Shown: positions 13,957-27,000 of the stretch, piece after piece | Layout: each line of letters opens with the position of its first letter | Position numbering within the stretch: position 1 is the first letter of the stretch | Virus record (IMG/VR): IMGVR_UViG_3300032301_000913 | Span: 19,176-83,175 of that record | Strand: one strand, 5' to 3' | Source: a virus | Lineage: Duplodnaviria; Caudoviricetes | DNA length: 64,000 nucleotides | The notes under the pieces: generated by a model | What the model saw: the letters and a program-made list of their open reading frames with translations, nothing else | Told to the model about the DNA's origin: nothing | The model's database searches: none | Translations under genes and position numbers: made by a program

Positions 13957-13961
13957 TTAAA

Positions 13962-14720
13962 ATGGCTCGTGGATTTACAGTAAAAGCAAAGGCACCAGTT
14001 GCCGGAAATAGCACAGAAGAGTGGGATTATAATCTCGCCAAGGAACTAGTAAGGGGAAAGTCAGTTGTATTTTGCCTTCCAGGTCGTGGAGTTTCTTATA
14101 CTTACCTGAAGAGTTTTGTACAACTCTGTTTTGATCTTGTACAAGCAGGTGCAAGTATTCAAATCTCTCAAGATTATTCATCAATGGTCAACTTTGCCCG
14201 ATGCAAGTGTCTTGGGGCAAATGTTCTCAGAGGCCCTGATCAAATTCCCTGGGACGGTAAACTAAATTATGATTGGCAACTTTGGATCGACTCGGATATT
14301 GTCTTCAATACTGAGAAGTTCTGGCAGTTGATTCTCATGAACAAAGATATCGCCGCCGGGTGGTATGCAACCGAAGATGGTGTAACTACATCCGTCGCGC
14401 ACTGGTTGGAAGAAGATGATTTCCGCAACAATGGGGGAGTCATGAATCATGAGACCGTAGAAAGTATCTCCAAGCGTCGTAAGCCCTTCACCGTAGATTA
14501 TACGGGTTTTGGATGGGTTCTGATTAAGAACGGCGTATTCGAGCACTCTGAGATGAAGTATCCTTGGTTCGCGCCCAAGATGCAAGTATTCGACTCAGGA
14601 GATGTGCAAGATATGTGTGGGGAAGATGTTTCATTCTGTCTCGATGCAAAGGAAGCAGGATTTGAGATCTGGTGTGATCCTCGCATTCGCGTTGGACACG
14701 AAAAGACTCGGGTGATCTGA
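13962..14720 (+). CDS. GT-A fold glycosyltransferase-like protein
   Basis: LWIDSDIVF DxD motif, GFGWVLI, GEDVSFC, VGHEK. Confidence 0.75.
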   Translation: MARGFTVKAKAPVAGNSTEEWDYNLAKELVRGKSVVFCLPGRGVSYTYLKSFVQLCFDLVQAGASIQISQDYSSMVNFARCKCLGANVLRGPDQIPWDGKLNYDWQLWIDSDIVFNTEKFWQLILMNKDIAAGWYATEDGVTTSVAHWLEEDDFRNNGGVMNHETVESISKRRKPFTVDYTGFGWVLIKNGVFEHSEMKYPWFAPKMQVFDSGDVQDMCGEDVSFCLDAKEAGFEIWCDPRIRVGHEKTRVI

Positions 14721-14899
14721 TGACCACGAAGTATCATATCCTCATTAATAAAAGTAAGATTTACACAAATCTTACAGAGGAACAATACTTCAATATTATG
14801 GAGGACCTGGCAGATGATTTCTATCAGACAGGTTCTCCAAATCCAAATGAAATTGAAACTGAAATTTTTGAAGAAACTGAGGTAACTGAAAATGGCTAA
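14720..14899 (+). CDS. 59-aa hypothetical protein
   Basis: read manually; TGATG coupling. Confidence 0.65.
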   Translation: MTTKYHILINKSKIYTNLTEEQYFNIMEDLADDFYQTGSPNPNEIETEIFEETEVTENG

Positions 14900-15020
14900 G
14901 TCTCATAGTGATATTCAATCAATCCCAAAGAAATCCCTTCAAGGAAACGGGGATCATACGAAATACTCCGCTACGTCTCGTAATAAAGCTAAGAAGAAAT
15001 CCAGAGGACAAGGAAAATAG
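14892..15020 (+). CDS. 42-aa basic protein (MAKSHSDIQSIPKKSLQG...RGQGK)
   Basis: read manually; followed by a terminator. Confidence 0.65.
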   Translation: MAKSHSDIQSIPKKSLQGNGDHTKYSATSRNKAKKKSRGQGK

Positions 15021-15032
15021 AATATAACCAAG

Positions 15033-15054
15033 GCGGGCAGAGGCCCGCTTTTTT
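15033..15054 (+). terminator. intrinsic terminator
   Basis: GCGGGC/GCCCGC plus T6. Confidence 0.8.
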
Positions 15055-15089
15055 ATGCAATAAATACTCAGTTATTTGTCACCACAGAA

Positions 15090-15431
15090 TTGGAAAAATT
15101 TTCAATGGGCAGACATCTTCTATTAGAGGTGTACGAAGTTAACTCCGATCTTATCAATGATGCAATTGCTCTTGAAAAAGTAATGGTTGATGGAATTCAA
15201 TTTGCTGGAATGACAATCTTAAATATTTTTAGGCATTGTTTTGTTCCCCAAGGATGTACCATTGTAATCGCTCTTTCCGAAAGTCATGTGTCGTGCCATA
15301 CTTGGCCGGAAGAGGGTTGTGTGGCAATAGATGTTTATACCTGTGGTGAAGGTAATCCAAAGTTTATTGCACTAGAACTATTAAAATACTTAAAGTCAAC
15401 TACCTATTCTTTGCGCGAAGTAAATCGTTAA
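15090..15431 (+). CDS. speD: S-adenosylmethionine decarboxylase proenzyme
   Basis: GRHLLLE, F.PQGCT...LSE|SHVSCHTWPE, IDVYTCG; start is TTG 15090 or ATG 15105. Confidence 0.9.
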   Translation: MEKFSMGRHLLLEVYEVNSDLINDAIALEKVMVDGIQFAGMTILNIFRHCFVPQGCTIVIALSESHVSCHTWPEEGCVAIDVYTCGEGNPKFIALELLKYLKSTTYSLREVNR

Positions 15432-15495
15432 ATATGATTAGGAGATAGCAACCTCCTTCATAAAAGTTCTGTTTTTACAAAAAACAGGAGCTAAA

Positions 15496-15735
15496 ATGTC
15501 AAATTTACCGGTAGATAGAGATTCAGATTACATGAGAAAGATGTGGGGAACCACTAGATTGGTTACTGATTATGAAAAACCAAAGACCATTCAAGAAATC
15601 ATGCACGATGAAATTCCATCAAGAAAGAAATATTTGAAAGAGCAACAGGAATTGCATGAAAAAATTCGCAATGATGAGGACTATGATGATTGGGAATATG
15701 GTACAGAACCATCCTATGGTTCTTCCTGGAAATGA
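15496..15735 (+). CDS. hypothetical protein
   Basis: ORF track; AGGAG RBS. Confidence 0.75.
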   Translation: MSNLPVDRDSDYMRKMWGTTRLVTDYEKPKTIQEIMHDEIPSRKKYLKEQQELHEKIRNDEDYDDWEYGTEPSYGSSWK

Positions 15736-15767
15736 GCATAAATAAAATATAGAAATTTTATTCCCGA

Positions 15768-16169
15768 ATGGTAGTACAAAGGATATCTAGATCATTTAAA
15801 GATATTAGTCTATCCTTTGTACCTCATCCGGTGACAAAGGATCTACCTATACTTAAAAATGAAAGAGCGATTATCAGATCAATTCGAAATCTGGTAGAAA
15901 CAATTCCAACAGAAAGATTTTTTAATTCTCTTATTGGATCTGATATTCGCTCTAGTTTATTTGAATTTGTGGATTATGGTACTGCATCTATTGTGCAGAA
16001 TCAAATTAAAACCACAATTACAAACTATGAACCAAGAGTCAATAATGTTAAGGTGTCCGTAAATCCTAAACCAGATGATAATGCATTTGAAGTTACCGTT
16101 ATATTTGATATTATTGGGCAAGAGATTCCAACACAGCAATTCACATTCTTATTAGAGGCAACCAGATAA
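15768..16169 (+). CDS. gp25: baseplate wedge subunit gp25
   Basis: FKDISLSF..HP, ERFFN..IG, YEPRV; late promoter CATAAATA 15737. Confidence 0.9.
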   Translation: MVVQRISRSFKDISLSFVPHPVTKDLPILKNERAIIRSIRNLVETIPTERFFNSLIGSDIRSSLFEFVDYGTASIVQNQIKTTITNYEPRVNNVKVSVNPKPDDNAFEVTVIFDIIGQEIPTQQFTFLLEATR

Positions 16170-16170
16170 A

Positions 16171-18069
16171 ATGCCTTTTACTAAATTTACCAATCTAGAT
16201 TTTGATCAGATAAAGACATCCATCAAAGATTATCTCCGTGCTAACTCTACATTCACGGATTTTGACTTTGAGGGATCTAATTTTTCAGTACTATTAGATA
16301 CGTTAGCATATAACACTTATATTACTGCATTTAATTCGAATATGGTTGTAAATGAATCCTTTCTGGATTCTGCAACTCTGAGAGAGAATGTAGTTTCACT
16401 TGCAAGAAATATTGGATATGTTCCACGTTCTAGAACTTCTTCGAAGGCTATTATATCATTCAGTGGTTTAGTTTCTTCAGAATTATCCACACCAACAATT
16501 ACTTTAAATGCAGGTTTAGTTTGTGTAGGAACTGCAGATAATACATCATATACGTTTTCAGTACCAGATAACATTACTCGTCCAGTAGTAGACGGTATTG
16601 TAAAATTTAATAATATTGAAATTTATCAAGGAACATTTCTAACAAAACAATTTGTAGTTGATGGATCTTTGGATCAAAGATTTCTTTTGGATAATACGAA
16701 TATTGATACATCCACAATTTCAGTTTATGTTAAAGGTATCAATGATAGTGGACTTGGTTTAGAATATTCTTTGGTCGAAAATATTCTGAATATTAATTCA
16801 ACGTCCGAAATCTATCTAATACAAGAAGTTCAAGATGAGAAGTATGAACTTCTCTTTGGTGATGGAAGATTTGGCAAAAAATTGGAGAATAATGCAGTTG
16901 TAACAGTTCATTATATTGTAACTAATGGTTCCGAAGGAAATGGGTGTTCAAACTTTTCTTTTCAAGGAAATTCAAGATCATCCTCAGGTCAACCAGTATC
17001 ATTGGGAACAGTAACTGTTACAACAAATCAGTCTTCTCAAAATGGTGCAGAAATTGAGGATATTACTTCAATCAAATATTTTGCACCAAGAATTTATTCT
17101 GCACAGTACAGAGCAGTAACTGCAAGAGATTATGAAGTAATTATCAAAAAAATATATCCAGATACCGAGTCTGTTGCAATTATTGGTGGAGAAGAATTAG
17201 ATCCACCAGAATTTGGTAATGTCATTATTAGCATTAAACCTAAAAATGGAACTTATGTGTCAGATTTTAATAAAGAATTGATTAAAAGTAAACTAAAGCA
17301 ATATAGCATTTCTGGAATCAATCAAAAAATAATTGATCTCAAGATACTATATGTTGAAGTCGATTCTTCAATTTATTACAATACATCGCAGATATCTTCA
17401 ATTGAGGATTTAAAGAGTAAAGTATCAAACTCTTTGACAAAATATTCAGAATCATTAGACTTCAATAAATTTGGAGGAAGATTTAAATATAGTAAAGTAC
17501 TTCAAATCATTGATAATACTGATAGTGCAATAACATCAAATATTACTAAAGTTAGAATAAGAAGAGATCTTAAGGCAATAACAAATCAATTTGCTCAATA
17601 TGAAATATGTTTTGGAAATAAATTTCATGTCAATCCTGAAGGATATAATATAAAGTCCACTGGATTTAAAATTTCTACCGAAGTGGATACTGTGTATCTA
17701 ACTGATATTCCTAATCCCGATAATTTGACTGGAATATTATCAATTGTTAAACCAACCACAATTGAAGGTAAAGTTCAGGTTGTTGTAAAATCTGCAGGTA
17801 CTATAGATTATACGAAAGGTGAAATTAAGTTAGGTACTGTTAAGATTGTTTCAACAAGTTTATCAAACGAGATTATTGAAATTCAAGCATTTCCCGAATC
17901 AAATGATGTGATTGGATTGAAAGATTTATATTTAGTTTTTAATACTTCAAAAAGTTCAATAAATATGGTTAGAGACGTAGTTGCTTCTGGCGATGAAATA
18001 TCTGGAACAGTATTTTCTAGAGATTTCTATACGTCAAGTTATCCAAATAGTAATCTGATACGAGCATAA
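16171..18069 (+). CDS. gp6: baseplate wedge subunit gp6
   Basis: LDFDQIK..IKDYL, FEGS, FLDSATLRENVVSLA, RAVTARDY. Confidence 0.95.
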   Translation: MPFTKFTNLDFDQIKTSIKDYLRANSTFTDFDFEGSNFSVLLDTLAYNTYITAFNSNMVVNESFLDSATLRENVVSLARNIGYVPRSRTSSKAIISFSGLVSSELSTPTITLNAGLVCVGTADNTSYTFSVPDNITRPVVDGIVKFNNIEIYQGTFLTKQFVVDGSLDQRFLLDNTNIDTSTISVYVKGINDSGLGLEYSLVENILNINSTSEIYLIQEVQDEKYELLFGDGRFGKKLENNAVVTVHYIVTNGSEGNGCSNFSFQGNSRSSSGQPVSLGTVTVTTNQSSQNGAEIEDITSIKYFAPRIYSAQYRAVTARDYEVIIKKIYPDTESVAIIGGEELDPPEFGNVIISIKPKNGTYVSDFNKELIKSKLKQYSISGINQKIIDLKILYVEVDSSIYYNTSQISSIEDLKSKVSNSLTKYSESLDFNKFGGRFKYSKVLQIIDNTDSAITSNITKVRIRRDLKAITNQFAQYEICFGNKFHVNPEGYNIKSTGFKISTEVDTVYLTDIPNPDNLTGILSIVKPTTIEGKVQVVVKSAGTIDYTKGEIKLGTVKIVSTSLSNEIIEIQAFPESNDVIGLKDLYLVFNTSKSSINMVRDVVASGDEISGTVFSRDFYTSSYPNSNLIRA

Positions 18070-18070
18070 T

Positions 18071-21000
18071 ATGGTAGGGACTGGGTTTGAATCTAGAGTT
18101 AAAGTACAACAAATAATTCAAAATCAACTTCCAGAATTTATACTGGATGAGAGCCCTAATACGGCAGAATTTTTAAAGCAATATTATATTTCTCAGGAAT
18201 ATCAGGGAGGACCTGTAGATATTGCTGAGAATCTAGATCAGTACTTAAAACTTGACAATCTTACTCCAGAAGTTATTATAGGTAAAGTTGGACTTACTAC
18301 TAATATTGATTCTAATGCAGGAATTATTACAGTAACAAGTACAAAGGGATTTCCTCAAAAATATGGTTTAATTAAAATTGATGACGAAATTATTACCTAT
18401 ACCGGAATAACAACAAATACATTTACCGGATGTATTCGTGGATTTAGTGGGGTTACTAATTATCATCAAGATTTAAATTATGAAGAATTAGTATTTTCTG
18501 AGTCTGAGAAGGTATCACATACCAAAAATACTTCAGTAGAAAATTTAAGTTCACTATTTTTAAAGGAATTTTATAAAAAGTTAAAATCATCATTAACTCC
18601 AGGATTGGAGAATAATGATTTTGTTTCTGATTTAAATGTTGGAAACTTTATAAAAAATGCAAGATCATTTTATCAATCTAAAGGTACTGATGAATCTTTT
18701 AGAATTTTATTCAATGTTCTCTATGGAGTAACACCAAAAGTAGTAAATTTAGAAGAATTTCTAATTAAACCATCCTCCGCAGATTTTATAAGAAGAGAGG
18801 TTGTGGTGGCAGAAAGAATTTCTGGAGATCCTACAAAATTAGTTGGACAGACTATTAAAAAATCTACAGATACCATTACTAGTGCATCAGTATCCGAAGT
18901 AGAAACATTTACTAGAAAAAATAAGCAATATTTTAAAATTTCACTTTTTGTTGGATATAATGAATTTTCTGCGGTAGAAGGTAATTTTACAATTACACCA
19001 AATACAAAATGTTTGGAAGATGTTCAAATTGGATCTTCCATAATCAGTGTAGATTCTACAATAGGATTTCCAAAATCTGGAACTCTTTTTTCTGGAAATA
19101 ATGTAATTTCATATACAAGTAAAAGTATTAATCAATTTTTTGGTTGCAGTGGAATTAAATATGCAATTTCATTGAGTGCTGATATAAGATCTGATGAGAT
19201 TTATTATGGGTATGAGGATGGTGATGTTACTAATGTTACTAAAAAGGTAGAATTTCGGTTGACGGGAGTATTATCCAAATTTAAACAAATTTCAGAATCT
19301 TTAACTGTTAGTGAGGGTGATGAAATTTATGTCAAAAATCTTGGCGAAATTATTAAAAATCCATCAGAAAATAAATCATATAAACAAATTTTTGCAAATT
19401 CCTGGATATACAATACAAGTTCTAGATATAAAGTAACTAGCATAAATGGATCTGCATTCGTATTAAGTAGTTCAATTGATAAGTCCAGTTTAAAAGTCGG
19501 AGATCAAGTAGAAATTGTTGAAAGAGGTACTAATAATATACTTTCAAATCCATTAAATTTGCCTTATGTTTCAGTAATTGTTTCTGATACACAAGTCAAT
19601 TTAAATAATCTTTCTGGATTTGTTGTAAATGATAAGGAAGAATATGATTTAAGAAGAAAGATTAATAAGGCAAGCAGTTCAGTAGTTCCTATTGAATTTG
19701 GAAATAATGCAATTATTTCTGATATACAAAATGTATATAATCAAAATGATGAGTATATGTATGTTGCATCAAATTCATTACCATCAAATAATAATGGATT
19801 AACAATTCCCTATACATATCAGATAACGAAAAACATTAATACTGTTAATGTTAGTGGATTGAGTGATCAGATTTCTAGTGGAAGATATTCTACATTATTA
19901 TTCAATGATACTGTACCATTCATAAATGGTGATAGAGTTTATTACTCTCCCCCAGAAAATTCTACTTTGGATCTGGAAACTGGGAGTTATTATGTTCAAG
20001 TATTGTCGCCAGGAAATAAGATAAGATTATATGGATCAAAAGCATTTGTTGGTGGAAATCAAAATGTAACTTTTGCTAATGTCAATTTCACATCCGAAAC
20101 ACATGAATTGGTATTGTATTCTCAAAAGTCATCAGAAATATCTGCTCAAAAACTTCTCAAAAAATATCCATTAAATCCAAATATTAAAAATGGTGGTAGT
20201 GAGGTGACGATTCCTGGGTCGATTGGAATGTTAATTAATGGTGTTGAGATTAAGAATTATAAATCCGATAATAAGATTTACTATGGTCCATTAGAATCGG
20301 TTAGTGTATTGAATGGTGGAAATAAATATGATGTTATCAATCCACCATTAGTTACTGTATCTTCTGGAGAGGGAATAACTGCATTAGTTCAACCAGTAAT
20401 CAGTGGAAGCATTGATAGAGTTTATATTGATAGCCAGGATTTTGACATTGGTAAAATAATTTCAATTGATGTAACTGGTGGAAATGGTGGAGGAACTAAT
20501 CTAGAACCAATAATTAAAAAGAGAGCACGAGAAGTTTATTTCGATGCCAGAATGACTAAAGGTATTAATATTTCAAATGATACAATTCAATTTTTAACCA
20601 ATCACAATTTTACAAGTGGTGATCCAATAATTTATAATTCAAATGGAAATTTGCCTTTGGGAATAGGAACATATTTGGGATCAAATCAAGATCAAAATAA
20701 AACTTTAACAAATAATGCTACTTATTATGCAAAAGTTGATAACAGTAGTACAATAAGATTATACTCAACTTTTTCAGATTATTCTTCAGGAATTAATACT
20801 GTTGGATTTACCACAACAAATACTTCAGGTATTCATAAGTTTATAACCATATCAAATAAAAACACTCTTTCAGAAGTTAAAGTAATTAGTGGTGGAAGTG
20901 GATATACAAATAGAAAATTAATTGTAAATCCAACGGGAATATCTACAATTAATCATACCATTAGTTTCAATAATCATGGATTTAATGATGGAGAACTAGT

Positions 21001-24000
21001 TGTATATAATTATCAAACATCGACAATATCCGGAATTTCAACCACAAATCAATATTATATTTTAAAATTTGATAATAATTCTTTCAGATTATGTGATGCT
21101 GGAATTGCGGGTACAAATAGAACTAATTACATTAGAAAAAATTATATAAAATTTTCTTCTATTGGATCTGGATATCAGTATTTCAATTATCCAAAAATTT
21201 CAGTTTCTATACAATATTCTCCAGTAGGAATTGAAGATTCTATACAATCTATTACTGCAACTCCAGTAGTTAGAGGGAGTATTATTGATGCATACCTATA
21301 TGAGAGTGGGACGGGATATGGATCGTCAATATTAAATCTTCATAAAAAACCTATTATAAAAATAAAGACCGGAAAAGAGTCTCAAATAAGTCCAGTTATT
21401 ATAAATGGATCAATTTCTGCAGTAAATGTAAAATACGGAGGATATGAGTATTATTCAATTCCAGATTTAATTGTGGAAGATTTTAGTGGATCTGGATCTG
21501 GAGCAGAACTTAGAGCAATTGTAATTGACAATAAAATTAGATCAGTAAGTATTATAAATCCTGGAATTGGTTACTCTAGTTCATCAACTACTGTTAAAGT
21601 TGTACCTGCAGGATTAAACGCAATTTTTGACTCAACAGTTAGAGCCTTAAGAGTAAATAATGTTGAAAGATTTGGAGATGAATTATTAATTGAATCTGAT
21701 AATAAATTGCAATATTCAATTTGTGGATATTACAATACTCTAAGATTGTCTCTGAATGATGATGGTACGCAACATTCCCCGATAATTGGATGGGCATATG
21801 ATGGTAATCCAGTATATGGTGCATATGGGTATACTGATAAAGAAGATCCCAATACGCAACAAAAATTATTAACTTCTGGATATGAATTGAATACTTCCAA
21901 TATATTCAATAGACCTATAGGATTTTCTGATGGATTTTTTGTAGAAGACTACCGATATACGAATTCTGGGGATTTGGATCAAAATAATGGAAGATTTGGA
22001 AAAACTCCAGAATTTCCAAATGGTGTTTATGCATACTTTGCACCAATTGCTGAGGGAACTTTTAAATCAATATTTCCTTATTTTATTGGAAATACTTATA
22101 GATCAAATATAATTAAAGAAAACTTGAATATTAGTCAAAATTATGACTTTAATAATTCAACCTTATTAAGAAATACTTTCCCATATAAAATTTCTGATCG
22201 ATATGCAGATTACGATTTCCTAGTAGAATCTGACGAAATTTTAAATCAAAAGACAATTATAGAATCTGTATCCGATGGATATGTTAATTCGATTGATATT
22301 CTAAATTCGGGATCAGATTATAAAGTAAATGATATATTACAATTTGATGATACTGGAACTGATGGTGGAGGATTAATTGCAAAAGTATCCTCATTAAAGG
22401 GGAAGGATATTGTAAAAGTAGATACTACAGTAGAAAGTTATGAAAATGCTATTTTCAATTGGGTTGATAGTAATCAAATAAAAGTTTCAATCTTACCAAA
22501 TCATAACTTGGTAGATAATGATTATGTCATAATTTCCGGATTTTCAACAGATTTATCAAATTTAAATGGATCATATAAAATAGGAATTACATCACAATAT
22601 TCAAATGTATTAAAGGACATTCCAGCATCTACTGTAGGATTATCTACTGAAATATATGTGACACAATTACCTTCTGAGGCAGTGTCAGTAGGAAGTAGCA
22701 TCAAAATTGGTTCAGAAACATTACAAATTTTGGAAGTATTTAAAAATCTGAATATATTGAAAGTGCAGAGAGGATTGACTGGAATATCACATACCGCAAC
22801 TACACCAATTTATTTTACTCCAGATTCATTTATAATTTCCAAGAATATTGATTATTTCGAATCAAATCTTAATAGTAAAATTTATTTTAATCCAACAAAA
22901 TCAATTGGGATTGGAACTGAAGTTGGAATTACATCATCAATAACATTTCAATTTGGAGATTCAAATATTACAAGAACTATTCCTACTCAAGGAATTTATA
23001 TTGATAATCATGGATTTAAAACAAATCAACAAATTATTTTCAGAAGATCAATATCGGAGTACATTTCAGTATCAACCTCCCCGACTGGAATTCCAGTAAA
23101 TATACCTACTAGTGGAAATTCTCAAACTTTTTATGCAGTAAATAAAAATAAAAATACTATTGGAATAAAAACTTCTATTAATTCTCCAGAATTATTCTTT
23201 ATTAGTCTTAATAGTGGGAATGATGATGAGAAATATTCATTTGAAAGTACATATTCGCAAGTAGTTGGAAAGGTTGAAAGAATAAAATCAACAGTTTCAG
23301 TTTCAACTTCTCATGAATTATCAAATGGCGATAATATACTTCTTAAAGTACAACCAAGTCTTTCAGTAGGAATTGGTACATCAATATCAGTATATGTCAA
23401 AAGAAATTCAACTACTGGAAATATTCTAATTAATCCCATTGGATTTAACTCTACTGGAATTAATACCTTAACGAGCACAATTACAATCAATTTACACAAT
23501 TTGAATACTGGGGATAAGGTACATTATTCATCAGATTTGGTTGCCTCAGGATTATCAACTAATTCATACTATGTTTATAAGATTAATGATAATAAGATTA
23601 AACTTTCCGAAACCTACATTGATTCCAAAACTATTCCCCCAATTACGATAAGTATTGGAAGCACTGGAGGAAAAAATCATATAATCTCTCCAATAAATCC
23701 ACAAATCATATCGATAAAAAATAATAATCTAATATTTAATCTAAGCGATTCGTCTTTGAGTGGATATAAATTTAAGATCTATTATGATCAAGAATTTAAT
23801 AATGAATTTGTTTCTACTGCAAAAACAACTGGTTTTACTCTTTCTGGTGTAGGAACTGTTGGGGTCTCTTCTACAGCATCACTAAAGATTAATTATGATT
23901 CATCATTGCCAACAAAATTATATTATAGTCTAGAAAAAAATGGATACATAAGCACTTCTGATACTTCGGTTGATAATTATTCTGAAATATTATTTACAAA

Positions 24001-27000
24001 TAGTGCATATGATTCCCATTTAAATCGCAATATTTTTGGAGTTGGATCAACTACTTTTAGTTTTTCTTTAAATAGAATTCCCGAAAAATTATCATATTTT
24101 CAAAATGAATGTGAAACTTTAGAGTATAGTACAAACTCCGTATCAGCAAAAGGTCCTATCAATAAAATTAATATTATTTCTGGAGGAACTGACTATAAAA
24201 AATTGCCAGTTTTCAAAGGATCTAATTCGGTTAGTGGTAAAGATGCATATCTCATTCCAAAATCAAATACAATAGGAAATATAAAAGAATTTAGAATTAC
24301 AAACGAAGGATTTGAATATTCTTCGGATAAAACATTACAACCATTTGCACACATATCACCACTAATTACAATAGAAAACTCAGATACTATTGGAGTTGTT
24401 ACAGTAACTAATGGTGGAACAAATTATATAAACTCACCAACAATAGTAATTGTAGATACTATAACTGGGAAAAAAATTGATAGTGGTGTATTAGAAGCAA
24501 AATTAGCAGACAATACCATTTCTTCAGTAAATATATTACAAAGTCCAAAGGGATTGCCTTCCACATCAGTTAGATTGTCTGCCACAAATAATACTAATGG
24601 AGTTAGCATACGAAGTGTAGAATCATCTTCTACTGGAATTTTTACTTGTTATATAACTACACCAATATTGGGATACTCAACTCCACCATTTAGTATTGGT
24701 GATAAAGTTTTCATTGAGGGAATAGTAAAATCCGGAACTACTGGTACGGGATTTAATTCGGAAGATTATGGATATGAATTCTTTACAGTATCAAATTACC
24801 AACAAACTAATCCGGATAAAGTAACAATTAATATTTCTAAATTAACATCAAATACTGGAGTAGCAAATGTAATTCAAGATTCATTTGCATCGATTATACA
24901 TTCTAATAATTATCCAAGTTTTGAGATAACTCAAGAACCATCATACTTTTTAGTTGGTGAAAAAATTATTTCAAATAATATTGAAAGAGATTTAATTATT
25001 ACTAATAGTAGTGAGACATCTATTAAAGTATTTGGTTCTTATGAATTATCTCCGGAAGAAGTTATTAAAGGTAAGGAATCTGGAAATATAGCAACTATAA
25101 AAAAAATTGAAAATAATCTAGGAATGTTTGATGTTGGATATTCTATAAGAAAGGATATTGGTTGGTCGAATGATATTGGAAAATTGGATTATGATAATCA
25201 ATCAATACCAGATAATGATTACTACCAAAATCTTTCCTATACGGTAAAAAGCCCCTTAGAGTATGAAAAGTTGAAAACTAGTATCAATAATTTACTTCAT
25301 ACTAGTGGACTCAAAAACTTTGCAGATACTGGAATTACATCTACTGCAAGTTCTCAAATAACCGGAAATACTGTAGATTCACTTATACTCGATGTTGTCA
25401 ATGAGACGAGAGTTGACACTGTATATAATTTTGACCTTGTGAAGGATATTGATGTATTAGATACATACTCCAAAATGATAAAATTGGAAAATACTATATT
25501 AACACCTTATATTAAATGTGGAAATAATGTAGTTTTGGCAATTGATAATATAAATCGAGAATTTTCTAATTTGGAAACGGAACCTAGCGAATTTTTAAAT
25601 ATTTTAAAATTGGAATCGAGCGATTCATACAATAATATATTATTCAGAATTTCAAATATTGATAATACAAAAATTCAATTAACAGAATTGGTAATATTGA
25701 ATAATACAATTGATACTTTCTTATTGACTAAGAATTCTATATCAAATACTGGAGAACAATTTGGAGAATTTTCAATATTTACTGATGAATTTGGAGACTC
25801 TTATTTGAGATTTAATCCAACTAATCCATATGACAATGATTATGATCTAAAGAACATTAAAACTAGATTCAATACAATTTTTGCAGGAATAGGAACACAA
25901 TCAATAGGATTTGTTGATCTGATCGGGTCGAATTCTGAGGCACAATCTGGAATAACGACATCAATCATATCAGTACAAAAAAATAAATTAGAATCTTTAT
26001 ATGCTGATATACAAGTGATTGATCCTATAACAAATAAGATGAATTTTGTAGAATTGTATCTTGCTCATGATGGAACTAATACTTATATTTCAGAATATTA
26101 TGTTGATTCAGAATCTCAAACAGGAAATTATTCTGGAAATTTTATAGGATCATTTAGTTCAACAATATCTTCAGGAATACTGTCTTTAAATTTCAATAAT
26201 ACTAGTACAAATAAAGTTAAAATTGGATCAAAAATTGTTGGATTTGGATCAACCGCAATTGGCATTGGTACTTATAGGTTTAAACAAAGTGGACAAATTG
26301 CAGGAAATGAGAGAACGGCAAAATATGAGTCAAAATATCAATCTAATGTCTCTACAGCATCAACAGATATAATTTCACTGAACAAAAATGATTTTAATGC
26401 TGTCAAATCATTAGTAAAGGTAAGTTACGGATCTACAATTTCTCTTCACCATGTTTCATTGCTTCATGATACTATTAATATCTTTATAGAGCAGTCGCCA
26501 TTTCTTTCTGTAGGAAGCATTACTGGAATAGGAACATTTGGTGGAGAATATTCTGGAAGTAATGTTATATTAAAATTTTACAAATCTCCAGAAGTTACCG
26601 ATACTGTTAATGTTTCATCATTTAATCAATGCTTGTATACAGTAATTGATGGTGTAAATATTCCACCAAATTTAATCTATGGTACTCTAACTGACTCAGT
26701 TGAAGTTAATTCATATAATGCAATTAATGGGGGTAGGATTAATAAAACTGCCTTCAGTATGACTTCCAATCAATATCCAATTTTTGCAAAAACGTTCAAT
26801 CCATCAAATACATCAATATTAAACACATCTACTGGAACATTTACAATAGATAATCATTTCTTTAGTAACGGTGAAAGATTAATATACACTCCAAAATCAA
26901 CTTATATTGGAGTTTTTGCTAGTGCCCTTATGGTTGGAGTCTCACCACTTCCATCCGAAGTTTATGTTATTAGAGAGGATTCGAGTAATTTTAGATTGGC

